NCBI GenBank assembly: GCA_038087875.1
Contig: CM075987.1
Location: 24,244,001-24,308,000 of the forward strand
Direction of reading: 5' to 3'
Origin: Malacoraja senta
Taxonomy: Eukaryota
DNA length: 64,000 nucleotides
Shown here piece by piece: positions 63,993 through 64,000 of this stretch. Below the pieces are notes generated by a model. The model was not told where the DNA came from. It searched no databases and worked only from the letters and a program-made list of their open reading frames with translations. Position numbers and translations under genes: made by a program. The stretch's first letter is position 1; each line of letters begins with the position of its first letter.

Positions 63993-64000
63993 GCTCCAGT

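Overview
Repeat-rich vertebrate genomic DNA, almost certainly from a cartilaginous fish (skate/ray). This is inferred from HE1-type V-SINEs, HER1/CR1 LINEs and Penelope tails. The only host gene is the 5' part of PAPPA (pappalysin-1) on the + strand: exon 1 coding 28774-29219, exon 2 40908-41964 and exon 3 61683-61828, with canonical, phase-compatible splice sites. The rest of the gene lies beyond the window. As assembled, exon 1 has an in-frame TAG and several frameshifts right beside a 200-N gap, while exons 2-3 are intact, so a consensus error is more likely than gene loss. The remainder is mostly transposon debris: CR1, Rex1, Penelope, HE1 SINEs, Harbinger and hAT MITEs, and one complete miniature Gypsy-type LTR element. 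The best find is a 141-bp TSD-flanked retroposon (18664-18804, - strand) whose first 54 nt fold by hand into a complete minimal HDV/CPEB3-type self-cleaving ribozyme starting exactly at the element's 5' end. Also notable: hammerhead-like cores in the many Penelope tails, an in-frame Gag/integrase-tail mini-LTR element with an extended, self-masking PBS, a tRNA-Ile core abutting a SINE, and several local duplications. All calls are by eye; no searches were run.
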